Shown here piece after piece: positions 1 to 9,990 of a stretch of DNA of 64,000 bases. Where the stretch lies: NCBI GenBank assembly GCA_963718235.1, contig CAVQYR010000001.1:2080001-2144000 (forward strand), given 5' to 3'. Positions within the stretch are counted from its first letter, which is position 1. Each line of letters starts with the position of its first letter. A model generated the notes under the pieces. The model ran no database searches. It was not told the DNA's origin and saw only the letters and a program-made list of their open reading frames with translations. This stretch comes from an uncultured Actinomycetota bacterium. Lineage in GTDB: Bacteria; Actinomycetota; Actinomycetes; JAHEKZ01. The position numbers were made by a program, and so were the translations under genes.

Positions 1-314
1 GTGAGTCCGGTCTTCGGCTCGGCGTCGACGGGGATGCCCCGGCCGTCGTCTCGCACCTCGACCGACCCGTCGGCATGCAGGACGACCTCGATCCGGGACG
101 CATGACCCGCGAGTGCCTCGTCGACGGAGTTGTCGATGATCTCCCACAGGCAGTGCATGAGACCTCGGGAGTCGGTGGAGCCGATGTACATGCCCGGGCG
201 CTTGCGGACGGCCTCGAGACCCTCCAGGACCGACAGGTTCTTCGCGGTGTAGCCCCCGGTCGCGCGGGCGCGGGTCGGTCCCTTGGTGGCCGGAGCCGGC
301 TTCGAAGCGGTCAC
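1..314 (-). CDS. parE: DNA topoisomerase IV subunit B (GyrB/ParE family), 5' part; runs off the window start
   Basis: Manual translation of the minus strand: [50 protein letters not shown]...[13 protein letters not shown] (GHKL ATPase motifs); GTG at 314 with AGGAG RBS upstream. Not in the ORF track. Confidence 0.93.
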   Translation of the reverse strand, partial: MTASKPAPATKGPTRARATGGYTAKNLSVLEGLEAVRKRPGMYIGSTDSRGLMHCLWEIIDNSVDEALAGHASRIEVVLHADGSVEVRDDGRGIPVDAEPKTGL

Positions 315-666
315 GCGCGGAAGTTCTCCTCGGGGGCACAGGACGGGCAGACGACTCACCGGCCTGCCCGGGTGTCGCTGTCGCCAGGTTACCGGCGGCC
401 ACCGACCCTCTCCAGGCGCGGCTCGCCGACCCTCGCCCCACGCTCCCCCGAGGCGGCGTCCGGGTCACGTCCCTGCGGCGACCGGGTGACAATTCGGCGT
501 GTCGTACGTCACATCGCCTCGGCGGCGGTCAAGGTGGACTACGCCGACGGCGAACCGGGCCCACGCGGCACAGCGGGAACGATTCCGCTGTGGTGGGATG
601 TTGTACCGGTGAGACAGTCCGACCGACGCCCTGCCACAGGGCCAACAGGACGGGAAGAGAGGCACC

Positions 667-870
667 GTGACGACTGCCGTTGCTCCGAGCAGCGCGCTGA
701 CCGCCGCCGACCGCTGCGACCGCTGCGGCGCTCAGGCGTACGTCCTGGTCCGGTTGCTGTCCGGTGGCGAGCTCCTCTTCTGCGCCCACCACGCCAAGCA
801 GTACGAGTCCAAGCTCAAGGACGTCGCCGCGGAGTTCGTCGACGAGACCGAGCGGCTCACGGTCAGCTGA
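667..870 (+). CDS. small conserved actinobacterial Cys/His protein (DUF7455-like)
   Basis: LTAADRCDRCGAQAYV...ELLFCAHH motif; divergent from parE, the usual position of this gene. Confidence 0.85.
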   Translation: MTTAVAPSSALTAADRCDRCGAQAYVLVRLLSGGELLFCAHHAKQYESKLKDVAAEFVDETERLTVS

Positions 871-884
871 CCTCCGCCGTCCGG

Positions 885-1604
885 TCATCCGCCAAGGTTC
901 CACAGCCAGCGGTAGTAGTCCGTACGAGCGGGGTCCGCGCCGATCCCGTAGGCCTCCAGAAGCGTGCTCTCCCAGCCAGGACCGTAGTTCCACTGCGTGG
1001 CCATGGTCGCCACGGCCAGGTCAGCCCACCGGTCGCCCACGCCAAGCGCGTCGAAGTCGACATGGCCCGCGACTGAACCGTCGTCGGCCAGGATCGTGTT
1101 CGGTGAGCACGGGTCGCCATGACAGACCACCAGTCGGTCGACCGGCGGTGCCTCGCGCGGCTCGACCGGCTCGCCCACGCCGGCCAGCCGGTCCGCCACC
1201 GACCACGAGAACGGGCACGACTCGACGGGCAACCGGTCGTGCAGCAGCCTGAGCCCCGCGCCGATGGCGCGCACCGCCTGCTGTGGGCGCGCGACCCAGT
1301 GCGGGTCGACGGCGCTTCGCCCCTCGATCGGTGACGTCATCAGCCACGAGCCGTCCACCTGGGAGCCGGACCGGATCACCGTCGGCACCCGAGCATGGGG
1401 GGCCGCCCAGAGCAGGCGCTGCTCCTCCGCCACCAGATCGAGCGCCGAGCCGGCGGGGGCCCACTTGACGAAGCATCGTCTCGACCCCTCGCCGACCTCG
1501 AACGTGAGACCACCCAGCTCGTTGCACCAGACGGTCCGGGTCGGCCGGCCATCGACCAGGTCGACCAAGCCGGACGGCAGCGGGTGCTCCTGCTCGGGGA
1601 TCAC
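885..1604 (-). CDS. aminoglycoside 3'-phosphotransferase-like kinase
   Basis: NELGGLTF, VCHGDPCSPN, GHVDF, DRWADLAVA motifs; start set at GTG 1604. Confidence 0.85.
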   Translation of the reverse strand: MIPEQEHPLPSGLVDLVDGRPTRTVWCNELGGLTFEVGEGSRRCFVKWAPAGSALDLVAEEQRLLWAAPHARVPTVIRSGSQVDGSWLMTSPIEGRSAVDPHWVARPQQAVRAIGAGLRLLHDRLPVESCPFSWSVADRLAGVGEPVEPREAPPVDRLVVCHGDPCSPNTILADDGSVAGHVDFDALGVGDRWADLAVATMATQWNYGPGWESTLLEAYGIGADPARTDYYRWLWNLGG

Positions 1605-1623
1605 GAACGAACCTCGCGCCCGG

Positions 1624-4449
1624 CTACGCCCCGTCGGACACGGTGCCGACCAGCTGCCACGGCGGGTCGGGCATCTCTGGGTCACCCCAGACCAGGGTCC
1701 AGGCGACCGACTCGTCGCCCTCGACCCGGGTGTCCCGTACGGTCGGTATCACCAGGGCGCCGTCGGTCACCCCGGGTGGGAACGACACCGACGTGCAGTA
1801 GAACCTGGCTTGAGACATCGGCTTGGGCGTCCGCGGCACCTGCCCGCATCGCTGCAGCCAACGGACGGGAACATCGTTGGTCGACAGCTCGGTGAGGCCA
1901 GCGGCCGGTGGCACGAGCTCGAAGTCGAAGGACACATAGATGTCGGACTGCCGGTCCAACGAGATCGTCCAGCGCAGGGGCCGACCCTCCACGGCCGTGG
2001 CCGTGGACGTGACCGTGGCTCGGGCTGCTGGGTCGTCATCGCGGACCCGCAAGGTGCCGACGTAGTGACCGGTGACCGCCTCGTGCAGCGCGCGGAGCAT
2101 CACCGTGAAGGACGTGTCGTAGTCGTCACGCTGGTCACCGTCGACGTGGATCGGAACGTTCAGGGACGTGTCACCTGGCGACAGGGTGACGATCTTGCTG
2201 GTCGTGGGCGTGGCGCCGAACGCATCGCTGACTCCCATCCAGAACCGCAGCGGCACGGCGATCGCTCCCTGCACGTCCACCTTGAGGTTGACGATGTGGT
2301 CACCGTTGTCACCTTCGAGCACCTCGGCGTCGACGACGTCGAGCCGGGGCAGAACCTGCGGCTGCACGGTGGCCAGTCCGGGGCTTCGTCCGTGCACGTC
2401 GAGCACGTACAGATGACCGGTCGCTGACTCGGGAACCAAGGCGATGCGTCTGATGTCGGAGAGGTCGACGGTCGCGCCGGTCAGAGGCAGTCGGACCGTC
2501 TTGGCCCACAGATGGCTCACTGCCCTGGTGCTGGGCAGGGCGCGCACGCTGGCTGTACCGACGTCATAGCCGGCACCAGAGCCATCGACCACCCGGACGA
2601 CGAACCGCGTGCTCCTGGTGCCCTTCTCCGGAGCCACGCGCAGCTCCAGCGCCCCCGAACCGGACAGGTCGACCGGTTGCGGCAGCCGCATCAGGGCTCG
2701 CCCGGATGCCTTCTTCCAGGAGGCCTCCCACGCCACTGGGGCCGGGTCGGTCTGCTGCCAGTCCATGGGCAGGAGGTGAGGGGATGCCTGTCGCGGCGCA
2801 CAGATCGGCACCCGCTTGCCCCAGCCCTGGCACACCCGGCTGGTCACCGCCCCGACCGCCGAGGTTGAGTCCGCCTTCGCCGGTCGGTAGACCGGAGACC
2901 GGTTCGCGCCCAGCGCGGTGACCTGGACGACGGCCGGGTCCGCCGATGGCGCCCGCAACGGGCTCCCGTCGATCAAGGGGAGCTGCGATCGGTTGCCCCC
3001 TGCGAACACGTGGGCCGCGGCCGCGATGTAGGTGGAGCCGACGTTGCGTTGTTCCTCCGGGGACAGCCGTCGGGGTGACGACTTGCCGCAGAGCGGGTCC
3101 TTGTTCGCTCCCCAGTCGTCGAAGGATGGTGCCTTCGACTCTCCGGGCGTCCACTCGCGGTTGAAGTAGTTGTGGTTCGCCCCCATCACCATGACCGCGC
3201 TGCGCAGCGACCGGTCGGTGTCGTCGACGACGTCGCGTGACTGGTCGACGTACTGCTGCCCTTGCAGGTCAGAGACGTCTCCGTCGCAGAACGGGAGGAG
3301 GACGACGCTGTTGAGCCCGGGCAGGGACTGCCGGCCGAAGGCCGTGGGGCCGATGAGCACCTGGCCGGCGATCGACCAGCGCGGGTTGCCCATCGAGTCG
3401 ATCGCTGCCCGGTTGACCCCCTCGCCACCGCGCGAGTGCCCGACCAGTACGACGCGGTCCAGGTCGACCGCACCGACGAGATCGGTGCCGAACGGGGCGC
3501 CACCGGTCGACGCCCAGTCTGACCAGTGGTCCAGGTGACGGCGGACGAGGCGGGAGCGTGCCTCCGCCCCGCCGTCGACCGACTCCCAGTCCTGACCGTT
3601 GATCCCGTTGGCCGAGATCGAGACCGTCACGTAGCCCTGAGAGGCGAGCAGCCGTTGTGCCTCGAGGTAGCCCAGGTAGCTGGGAATGGGTTTCCAGCCT
3701 GTGCGGCAGGGCCATTCACCCGACGACCGGTTGCCCTTGTAGCAGGTGCTGTGGCGGCCGTGCAGGAAGACCACGAGCGGCCTGGGACCCTGGGCGTCTG
3801 TGGGCCGGATGACCCGACCGAGCATCTCCACCGGCTCGGGGTACTCGGCCAGCGCCAAGGGCGCGAGCCGGTAGGAGGACGACGTGATCGTGTAGCGCCC
3901 CGGGACCCCCGGGTCGCTGGTCACGCGGGGCAGGGATCGGAACTGACGCTCCACTGCCGCTGCGTCAGCGGAGGAGCCTGCTGCCGGGCCGGAGCCGGTG
4001 GACCGAGGGCTGCCGATTCCGACCCCGCCGGTGACTCGCAGTCGGCTGAGGTCAGAACTCGGCAGGGAGGGGACGTCCAGGCGGAAGGTGCGCCCGTCGG
4101 GCAGCGGTCGGGCCACACCGAGTCTGACCTGACCCCACCAGAACTCCACCGCTGAGTCACCGATCGGGATCGGCACGTCGCTGCGCCACTCCAGCCGGCC
4201 GGTCCTCTGCCCTTCGACGAAGGTCCACCCGGGCGGGACGGTCGACGGGTCAGCGGCGACCTGGGTCACCGCTGGCAGCCGGTACCGGACGTTCGGGTGG
4301 CTCGCGCCCGCCGCTTGCGCGGGCAGGGCGGTGCCTCCAACCAGCACGGCGAGCACCGCGAGCGAGGCCAGGGAGAGACGAAGGCGGCGAGGACGGAGGC
4401 TGGTTCCGGAGGGGGGCTGCACCCCACCAGAATCCCACACGGATTCCAT
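1624..4449 (-). CDS. large secreted alpha/beta-hydrolase-fold protein with C-terminal Calx-beta-like domains
   Basis: Signal peptide ending ALPAQA; FLHGRH, GHSRGGEG nucleophile elbow, GANHNYFN; DAEVLEGD...DDD Calx-beta-like C-terminus; start uncertain (4449-4482). Confidence 0.75.
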   Translation of the reverse strand: MESVWDSGGVQPPSGTSLRPRRLRLSLASLAVLAVLVGGTALPAQAAGASHPNVRYRLPAVTQVAADPSTVPPGWTFVEGQRTGRLEWRSDVPIPIGDSAVEFWWGQVRLGVARPLPDGRTFRLDVPSLPSSDLSRLRVTGGVGIGSPRSTGSGPAAGSSADAAAVERQFRSLPRVTSDPGVPGRYTITSSSYRLAPLALAEYPEPVEMLGRVIRPTDAQGPRPLVVFLHGRHSTCYKGNRSSGEWPCRTGWKPIPSYLGYLEAQRLLASQGYVTVSISANGINGQDWESVDGGAEARSRLVRRHLDHWSDWASTGGAPFGTDLVGAVDLDRVVLVGHSRGGEGVNRAAIDSMGNPRWSIAGQVLIGPTAFGRQSLPGLNSVVLLPFCDGDVSDLQGQQYVDQSRDVVDDTDRSLRSAVMVMGANHNYFNREWTPGESKAPSFDDWGANKDPLCGKSSPRRLSPEEQRNVGSTYIAAAAHVFAGGNRSQLPLIDGSPLRAPSADPAVVQVTALGANRSPVYRPAKADSTSAVGAVTSRVCQGWGKRVPICAPRQASPHLLPMDWQQTDPAPVAWEASWKKASGRALMRLPQPVDLSGSGALELRVAPEKGTRSTRFVVRVVDGSGAGYDVGTASVRALPSTRAVSHLWAKTVRLPLTGATVDLSDIRRIALVPESATGHLYVLDVHGRSPGLATVQPQVLPRLDVVDAEVLEGDNGDHIVNLKVDVQGAIAVPLRFWMGVSDAFGATPTTSKIVTLSPGDTSLNVPIHVDGDQRDDYDTSFTVMLRALHEAVTGHYVGTLRVRDDDPAARATVTSTATAVEGRPLRWTISLDRQSDIYVSFDFELVPPAAGLTELSTNDVPVRWLQRCGQVPRTPKPMSQARFYCTSVSFPPGVTDGALVIPTVRDTRVEGDESVAWTLVWGDPEMPDPPWQLVGTVSDGA

Positions 4450-4495
4450 GCCCAGGACCATCGCAACCCGCTCGTGACCCAAGCCCTCCCGAACC

Positions 4496-4951
4496 TCACA
4501 GGCGGTCCCGGTGGTGGGCGAAGACCATCGACGTCAGAAGCAGCAGCGAGGTGGCGACCGTGACCGCCCAGAGGCCACGGTCGAGCCAGAACATCGGAGC
4601 ACCCATCGCGACGATGCTCCCGAAGAAGAGCACGAGGTAGGGCACCAGGACGGACCGACGTGGCGGCGAGCGGAACTCGATCGGCCGCCAGTAGTCCACG
4701 ACCAGCATCAGGAGGACGAAGGTGATGAAGATCGCAGGTCCGACCCACTGAGCGCTTCCCTGCCGAGCGAGACCGATCAGGGCAGCCCCAGCAGGCACCG
4801 CCAACGCCGCGATCAGCAGACCGATCCTTTGGTTCGGGTCCATCCCCCTCGAAGGCCGCAGGACGAAGCCGATGGACTGCAGGACGTTGACCAGGTTGAC
4901 CACCAGCCAGACGGTCACCGTGGCCCACCCGAGATCCACAGGCGCAGCCAT
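4496..4951 (-). CDS. small integral membrane protein (about 5 TM helices)
   Basis: Hydrophobic C-terminal part of ORF 4496..6145, from ATG 4951 (MAAPVDLGWATVTVWLVVNLV...). Confidence 0.7.
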   Translation of the reverse strand: MAAPVDLGWATVTVWLVVNLVNVLQSIGFVLRPSRGMDPNQRIGLLIAALAVPAGAALIGLARQGSAQWVGPAIFITFVLLMLVVDYWRPIEFRSPPRRSVLVPYLVLFFGSIVAMGAPMFWLDRGLWAVTVATSLLLLTSMVFAHHRDRL

Positions 4952-5029
4952 GGTCCGACTCTGACATACGGTGGGCCCCCGGTGACTCTGCGCGAGGGGC
5001 TCGTCGTCGATGCGCCGTGCGCGGCGCAT

Positions 5030-5073
5030 TGGACAGGGCATGGACAGGGCATGGACAGGGCATCGGCAGGGCA
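5030..5073 (+). repeat. 11-bp tandem direct repeat (TGGACAGGGCA x3 + TCGGCAGGGCA) in a divergent promoter region
   Basis: Read directly from the sequence. Confidence 0.9.
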
Positions 5074-5158
5074 TCGACTTCACCTCGTTTCGGTGATTCC
5101 AGCCCGCAACCGACCGGCGTGCGGCTACCGTCTCGTCCCATCCACGAAGGGACCCACC

Positions 5159-7099
5159 GTGACCTCGAACCCACTCAACGGCCGGACGAAGCGGGCTTTC
5201 GTCGCCGGACTGGCTCTGGCAGCCGCAGCCTTGGGCATGACCCTTCCGACCGGGCCGGCCGCCGCGACCGCTCCGGCCGCGGCGACGGCGAGTGCAGCCG
5301 CGGCCAAGGGTGAGCCGCAGGGCATCCCGACGACGAAGACCTACCGCCAGAAGGTCCCGGTCAACGTGGTGCTCGTCGGGTACGACCAGCAGGAAGTCGG
5401 CGACGAGATCGTCAGCGCCCTTCCCGAGGGGTCGAAGCCTGTCGTGCGCTACCCACAGTTCTACGGGCTGTCCGGTCGCGACATGGGTCTGGAGTTCACT
5501 TACGACTACAACGTGATCGACACCTCGGTCCGGTTCGAGAACCGGTTCTTCGGCCACCTCGCCCGCACGGGGGTTCCCACCGACCCGACCACCTATCAGC
5601 AGCAGTACAACGACCAGGTCAACAACGTGCTCGACGTCACCGGGCCCGTTCTCACCATCGACGGGCCGAGCACCGAGCAGTGGCTGACCCGGCGCAGCCA
5701 GGCGCAGCTGGGGGTCGGCAAGCGCTCCTACACCGTCTTCCTCGTGAACTGGTACGGGCGCGACGACTTCGCCTTCCACGTGTACCGCAAGACCGACGAG
5801 CCGGACCCGGACACCGGGGTCAACTTCGGTGCCGACTTCAACTCCCGGGCGATGATCGCCTGGGGCGGCACACACGGCCGCACGTGGTTCTACGACCTGT
5901 CGGCGGGGCCAGAAGCCTGGAGCGGGAACTGGAACGTCGATGACGCTGACGTCGACGGCGACGGTTCGGCCGACTACCGCATGCCGCCGATCTGGGAGTA
6001 CGCCAAGCAGGGGTACCGCAGCAAGTACCGGCTCGGGTCCGACCTCGGCCAGGTCGTTCGCTACGTCGCGATCAACCTGCTGTTCACGACGTCCCCGCTG
6101 TACGACCCGATGGTCACCGCCCCGGCACCAGGGGGCAGGCTCCACGTCCCGATCACGATGTTCGAGGACAACCCGACCGACTCGGGGACGAACTGGATCG
6201 ACCCGCAGAACTCACTCGGTGAGTGGTCACAGCTCGAGCCGTACATCGACCTGTCGACTGGGCTCAAGGACGTCGACCCGATCGACGCAGGGGCAAAGAA
6301 GACGTTCCGGATCTTCGCCGGGCTCAATCCCGGTGACGGCGAGTGCTGGGAGGAGTACGGCGACACGTTCGCCCAGCCGTACTGCCACTTCGACGCGACG
6401 TCGGGCCAGTACTACAAGGACGTGCCCAAGAACTACGAAGCAGGGACGTTCGCCTTCTTCACCACGCCGGAGCGGATGGGCGACCAGGCGGGCCTGCTCG
6501 GGTTCGCCGACGACAACTGGGTCGACGGCACCCAGAGCTTCGTCTTCGCCTTCGACGACCCCGACACGCTCAGCTACGGCTACGGGTTCACGACCACGAT
6601 CACCCACGAGATCGGACACCACCTCGGACTGTCGCACCCGCACGACGGCTATGACGCCGAGACCGGTCTCGACTACGACTCCGTGGGGGACAAGTACTTC
6701 GCCTGGTCGGGAGACGAGAGCGACACGATCATGCAGTACATCGCCGTGAGCAACGGCTTCGGCCAGTTCGACCGAGACAACATGGCGCGCTACCAGTTCG
6801 CCGGGTACGCGAACTGGACCAAGGCCCTGCTCGGGGCGATCGAGTCCGCTCCCCGGGCGGCACGTGGTCAGGCCCCAGCGGTCGCCGCCGCAAGGGCACA
6901 GCTGCGCAAGGCAACCGTGGCGTTCCACCGCTGGAACTACCTGGCGGCGGCCGGAGCGGCACGCAGCGCGTACGAGATCGCGCAGCGCCGAGCCGACGCG
7001 CTCGGCGTCGGCGAGTCGTTGCGCCCGTTGACCACCCGGCTGCAGCCCAGCGACGTCGCACCGCACGAGGGCGACCCGATCCGCTTCCCGGAGGACTAG
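5159..7099 (+). CDS. secreted zinc metallopeptidase (metzincin)
   Basis: Signal peptide; HEIGHHLGLSH (HExxHxxGxxH) followed by DTIMQY Met-turn; GTG 5159 with GAAGGGA RBS. Confidence 0.8.
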   Translation: MTSNPLNGRTKRAFVAGLALAAAALGMTLPTGPAAATAPAAATASAAAAKGEPQGIPTTKTYRQKVPVNVVLVGYDQQEVGDEIVSALPEGSKPVVRYPQFYGLSGRDMGLEFTYDYNVIDTSVRFENRFFGHLARTGVPTDPTTYQQQYNDQVNNVLDVTGPVLTIDGPSTEQWLTRRSQAQLGVGKRSYTVFLVNWYGRDDFAFHVYRKTDEPDPDTGVNFGADFNSRAMIAWGGTHGRTWFYDLSAGPEAWSGNWNVDDADVDGDGSADYRMPPIWEYAKQGYRSKYRLGSDLGQVVRYVAINLLFTTSPLYDPMVTAPAPGGRLHVPITMFEDNPTDSGTNWIDPQNSLGEWSQLEPYIDLSTGLKDVDPIDAGAKKTFRIFAGLNPGDGECWEEYGDTFAQPYCHFDATSGQYYKDVPKNYEAGTFAFFTTPERMGDQAGLLGFADDNWVDGTQSFVFAFDDPDTLSYGYGFTTTITHEIGHHLGLSHPHDGYDAETGLDYDSVGDKYFAWSGDESDTIMQYIAVSNGFGQFDRDNMARYQFAGYANWTKALLGAIESAPRAARGQAPAVAAARAQLRKATVAFHRWNYLAAAGAARSAYEIAQRRADALGVGESLRPLTTRLQPSDVAPHEGDPIRFPED

Positions 7100-7130
7100 C
7101 GCCTGGTGTCAGGCCGCTGGGGGGGTGCGT

Positions 7131-7538
7131 TCAGAGTGCCCGCATCTGGTTGTTGCGCGCGTTGTGTGTGACCTCAGCCAGGCCCATGGCCTCCAGAAGC
7201 GGCGGCAGGTACATACCCACCCGCCCTCGGTAGCCCTTGCGCAGGCCGTACCAACCTCCGAGCGGGTTGTCGGCCGAGCGCGCCCAGGCCTCCACGGTCC
7301 CCTCGGCCGCCGCCTTCTGCTCGTCCGCGGCACCGAGCGGGACCCAGTCCCCCTGCTGGGCCAACCAGGCGTGCAGGTCGTCGATCACCCGCAGGTCGTA
7401 CTTCAAGGTGGTGGACCCGACCTGGCAGACCAGGCTCGGGGGGTCCGCGTCGTCGTCTCGGTACATGTGGTACTCCGAGGACCCGGGCGGGGTCGTGAGC
7501 ACCCAGGGGTCGTCCTTCGTTCCGTTGCCGCTGGCCAC
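7131..7538 (-). CDS. DUF6855-like protein
   Basis: GTKDDPWVLTTPPGSSEY...NPLGGWYGLRKGYRGR...HNARNNQMRAL resembles this conserved family; GTG 7538 after AGGAGGGAG. Confidence 0.7.
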   Translation of the reverse strand: MASGNGTKDDPWVLTTPPGSSEYHMYRDDDADPPSLVCQVGSTTLKYDLRVIDDLHAWLAQQGDWVPLGAADEQKAAAEGTVEAWARSADNPLGGWYGLRKGYRGRVGMYLPPLLEAMGLAEVTHNARNNQMRAL

Positions 7539-7618
7539 TGATCGCTCCCTCCTGGGGGACGAGCTCACCGAACCCTAGCCAGCGACCGGCGGACAGCCAA
7601 CCCCTCTACAGTTCGGTC

Positions 7619-9187
7619 GTGCACTCCACCGACACGATTCCTGGGCTGCTCGCCGTGGCCGCCGAGCGCGACCCGGACGGGGTCTGGGTGCGTACCGACG
7701 AAGGCACGCTGACCTTCTCGGATGCCGTTGCCCACGTGGCTTCACTCACCGAGCGGCTCACCGCCGTCGGGGTGCGGCGCGGCGACCTGGTCGTACTCAC
7801 CGCGCGCACGACACCGCCCTACCTCCTGTGCTGGCTTGCGCTCGCGACGCTCGGCGCCGTCACCGTTCCCACCGACCCATCGGCGTCACCCCTGGAGCTG
7901 GGTGGACTGATCGGTCAGGTGCAGCCCCGCGCACTGGTCACGGACGACGAAGCCCGCCCGGTCGTGGACACTGCGGCGACGGGTGCTCCACCGGCACTCG
8001 GGGTGCTCGACGTCCAGGAGCTCGCGGGGGCCTGGCACCTGGGCCGACCGCCCGCCCCTTCCCTGCCGATGAGCGTCTCGGCCGACGACCTCGCCGTGCT
8101 CATCCCGACCTCCGGGACCACCGGGCGGTCCAAGCTGGTCATGCAGACACACCGCGCGTACGCAATGGCGGGCGAGGGCTTTCCGTACTGGCTGGGTCTC
8201 ACCTCCGCCGACCGGCTGATGACCTCGCTCCCCCTGTTCCACATCAACGCCCCGGCCTACTCCGTCCTCGGCTCGCTGGCGTGCGGAGCCGGACTCGTGC
8301 TCCTGCCGCGCTTCTCGGGCACCGGCTTCATCGACGCCGCCCGGCGGCACGGCGCCACCGAGTTCAACGCGATCGGGGCGATGCTGCAGATCCTCATGCG
8401 GCAGCCGGTCCGACCCGACGACGCCGATACCGACCTGCGGCTCTGCTACACCGGACCCTCCCCGACGCGGGAGTGGCAGGAGCAGTTCGAACGACGGTTC
8501 GGCCTTGAGGTCGTGTGCGGCTACGCCCTGTCCGAGTCTCCCTACGGACTCATCTGGAGGCACGGCCAGCGCCCGTTCGGGACGCTTGGCTCACCGCGCC
8601 AGCATCCGCGCCTCGGTCATGTCAACGACGCGCGGGTCGTCGACGACGCCGACCACGACGTCGAGGTCGGACGGACCGGGGAGCTGCTGCTACGCAACCC
8701 CACCGTGACCACCGGCTACTGGCAGATGCCGGAGGAGACGGCAGCGGTTCTGGTCGACGGCTGGTTGCACACCGGCGACCTCGTCACGGTCAACGCCGAC
8801 GCCACCTGCACCTTCGTCGCTCGCAAGAAGGAGGTGCTGCGCCGGCGCGGGCAGAACCTCTCACCCGTCGAGGTGGAGGAGGCGATCTCGACCCATCCCG
8901 ACGTGCTGGAGGTCGCTGTGGTGGCCGTGCCCTCTGAGCTGACCGAGGACGACGTGAAGGCGTTCGTCGTCCCGCGCCCGGGTCACACCATCGACTTCGA
9001 GGCGCTGGCCGGGTGGACCGCGGCCCGCCTGTCCGCCTTCAAGGTCCCGCGCTTCTGGCAGGCTGTCGGCGCTCTCCCCCGCACACCAACCGCCCGAGTC
9101 GCCAAGCACCGGCTGCCGGTCGGGCACCAGCCCGACGAGTACGACCTCCAGGCCGCCCCCACCCCTGACCCCGAGGACTCACCATGA
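7619..9187 (+). CDS. AMP-dependent CoA ligase (CaiC-like)
   Basis: TSGTTGRSK P-loop, YALSE, GWLHTGD, LPRTPTARV adenylate-forming motifs. Confidence 0.88.
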   Translation: MHSTDTIPGLLAVAAERDPDGVWVRTDEGTLTFSDAVAHVASLTERLTAVGVRRGDLVVLTARTTPPYLLCWLALATLGAVTVPTDPSASPLELGGLIGQVQPRALVTDDEARPVVDTAATGAPPALGVLDVQELAGAWHLGRPPAPSLPMSVSADDLAVLIPTSGTTGRSKLVMQTHRAYAMAGEGFPYWLGLTSADRLMTSLPLFHINAPAYSVLGSLACGAGLVLLPRFSGTGFIDAARRHGATEFNAIGAMLQILMRQPVRPDDADTDLRLCYTGPSPTREWQEQFERRFGLEVVCGYALSESPYGLIWRHGQRPFGTLGSPRQHPRLGHVNDARVVDDADHDVEVGRTGELLLRNPTVTTGYWQMPEETAAVLVDGWLHTGDLVTVNADATCTFVARKKEVLRRRGQNLSPVEVEEAISTHPDVLEVAVVAVPSELTEDDVKAFVVPRPGHTIDFEALAGWTAARLSAFKVPRFWQAVGALPRTPTARVAKHRLPVGHQPDEYDLQAAPTPDPEDSP

Positions 9188-9990
9188 CCGGGTACCCGAC
9201 CTCGATCGGCCATTCCGACGCGACATCCATCTCGCTGCTGGGCCAGGACCTGGCGCAGGACCTGTTGGGGCAGGTCGGCTTCGCCGAGCTGGCCTTCTGG
9301 CTGGTGGCCATGCGCCGTCCGACGCCCTCCGAGCTACGGGTCTTCGAGTCAGTGCTCGTCGCCCTGGCCGACCACGGGTTCACCCCGACGGTGATCGCGG
9401 CCCGGCTCACCCTCACCGGGGCGCCGGAGTCGGTGCAGGGGGCGCTGGCCGCCGGGCTGCTCGGCGGCGGATCGAGGTTCCTCGGCGTGACCGAGGACGC
9501 CGGGCGGTTCCTGTCCGACGCGTTGGCCCGGCAGGTGGCGACGGGTGACGCGCTGCCCGCAGACGAGCCGGGCTGGGACGCACTGGCCCGTGATGCGGTC
9601 CGGGCGCAGCGTCAGGCCGGCCAGTACGTGCCCGGACTCGGCCACACCGTCCACAAGGACGGTGACCCCCGAACACCGGTGCTCTTCCGGATCGCCACCG
9701 AGGAGCAGCTGTTCGGACCGCACCTCCAGCTGTTCGCGGCCATCGGGCGGGTCCATCCTGAGCTCCTGGGCCGCACCCTCCCGCTCAACGGCGCAGGCGC
9801 CTGCGGGGCCGTCCTGTGCGACCTGGGCTTCCCGGTCGAGATCCTGCGCGGGTTCGCCCTCCTGGCCCGCACCGCCGGCCTGCTCGGACACCTTGCCGAG
9901 GAGATGCGTCGGCCGATCGGGCTCCAGCTCTACGACGACGTCGAACAGGCGACCGACTACCGGCCGGTCAGTGAGGGGCCAGCGCGCTGA
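9184..9990 (+). CDS. citryl-CoA lyase / citrate synthase-like protein
   Basis: ALADHGFTP, PGLGHTVHKDGDPR, LPLNGAG, ARTAGLLGH; ATGA overlap with the CoA ligase. Confidence 0.85.
   Translation: MTGYPTSIGHSDATSISLLGQDLAQDLLGQVGFAELAFWLVAMRRPTPSELRVFESVLVALADHGFTPTVIAARLTLTGAPESVQGALAAGLLGGGSRFLGVTEDAGRFLSDALARQVATGDALPADEPGWDALARDAVRAQRQAGQYVPGLGHTVHKDGDPRTPVLFRIATEEQLFGPHLQLFAAIGRVHPELLGRTLPLNGAGACGAVLCDLGFPVEILRGFALLARTAGLLGHLAEEMRRPIGLQLYDDVEQATDYRPVSEGPAR

Noticed and set aside
75-1076. Long alternative-frame ORFs (e.g. 75..1076, 42034..43593, 53905..55296)
   Set aside because: Shadow ORFs typical of high-GC DNA, overlapping well-supported genes and lacking motifs
885-1604. Acquired aminoglycoside resistance gene
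   Set aside because: Resembles the widespread chromosomal actinobacterial APH-like kinases; no mobile context and activity cannot be inferred
5030-5073. Possible mini-CRISPR or iteron array
   Set aside because: Repeats are 11 bp, contiguous and spacer-less, with no cas or rep gene nearby
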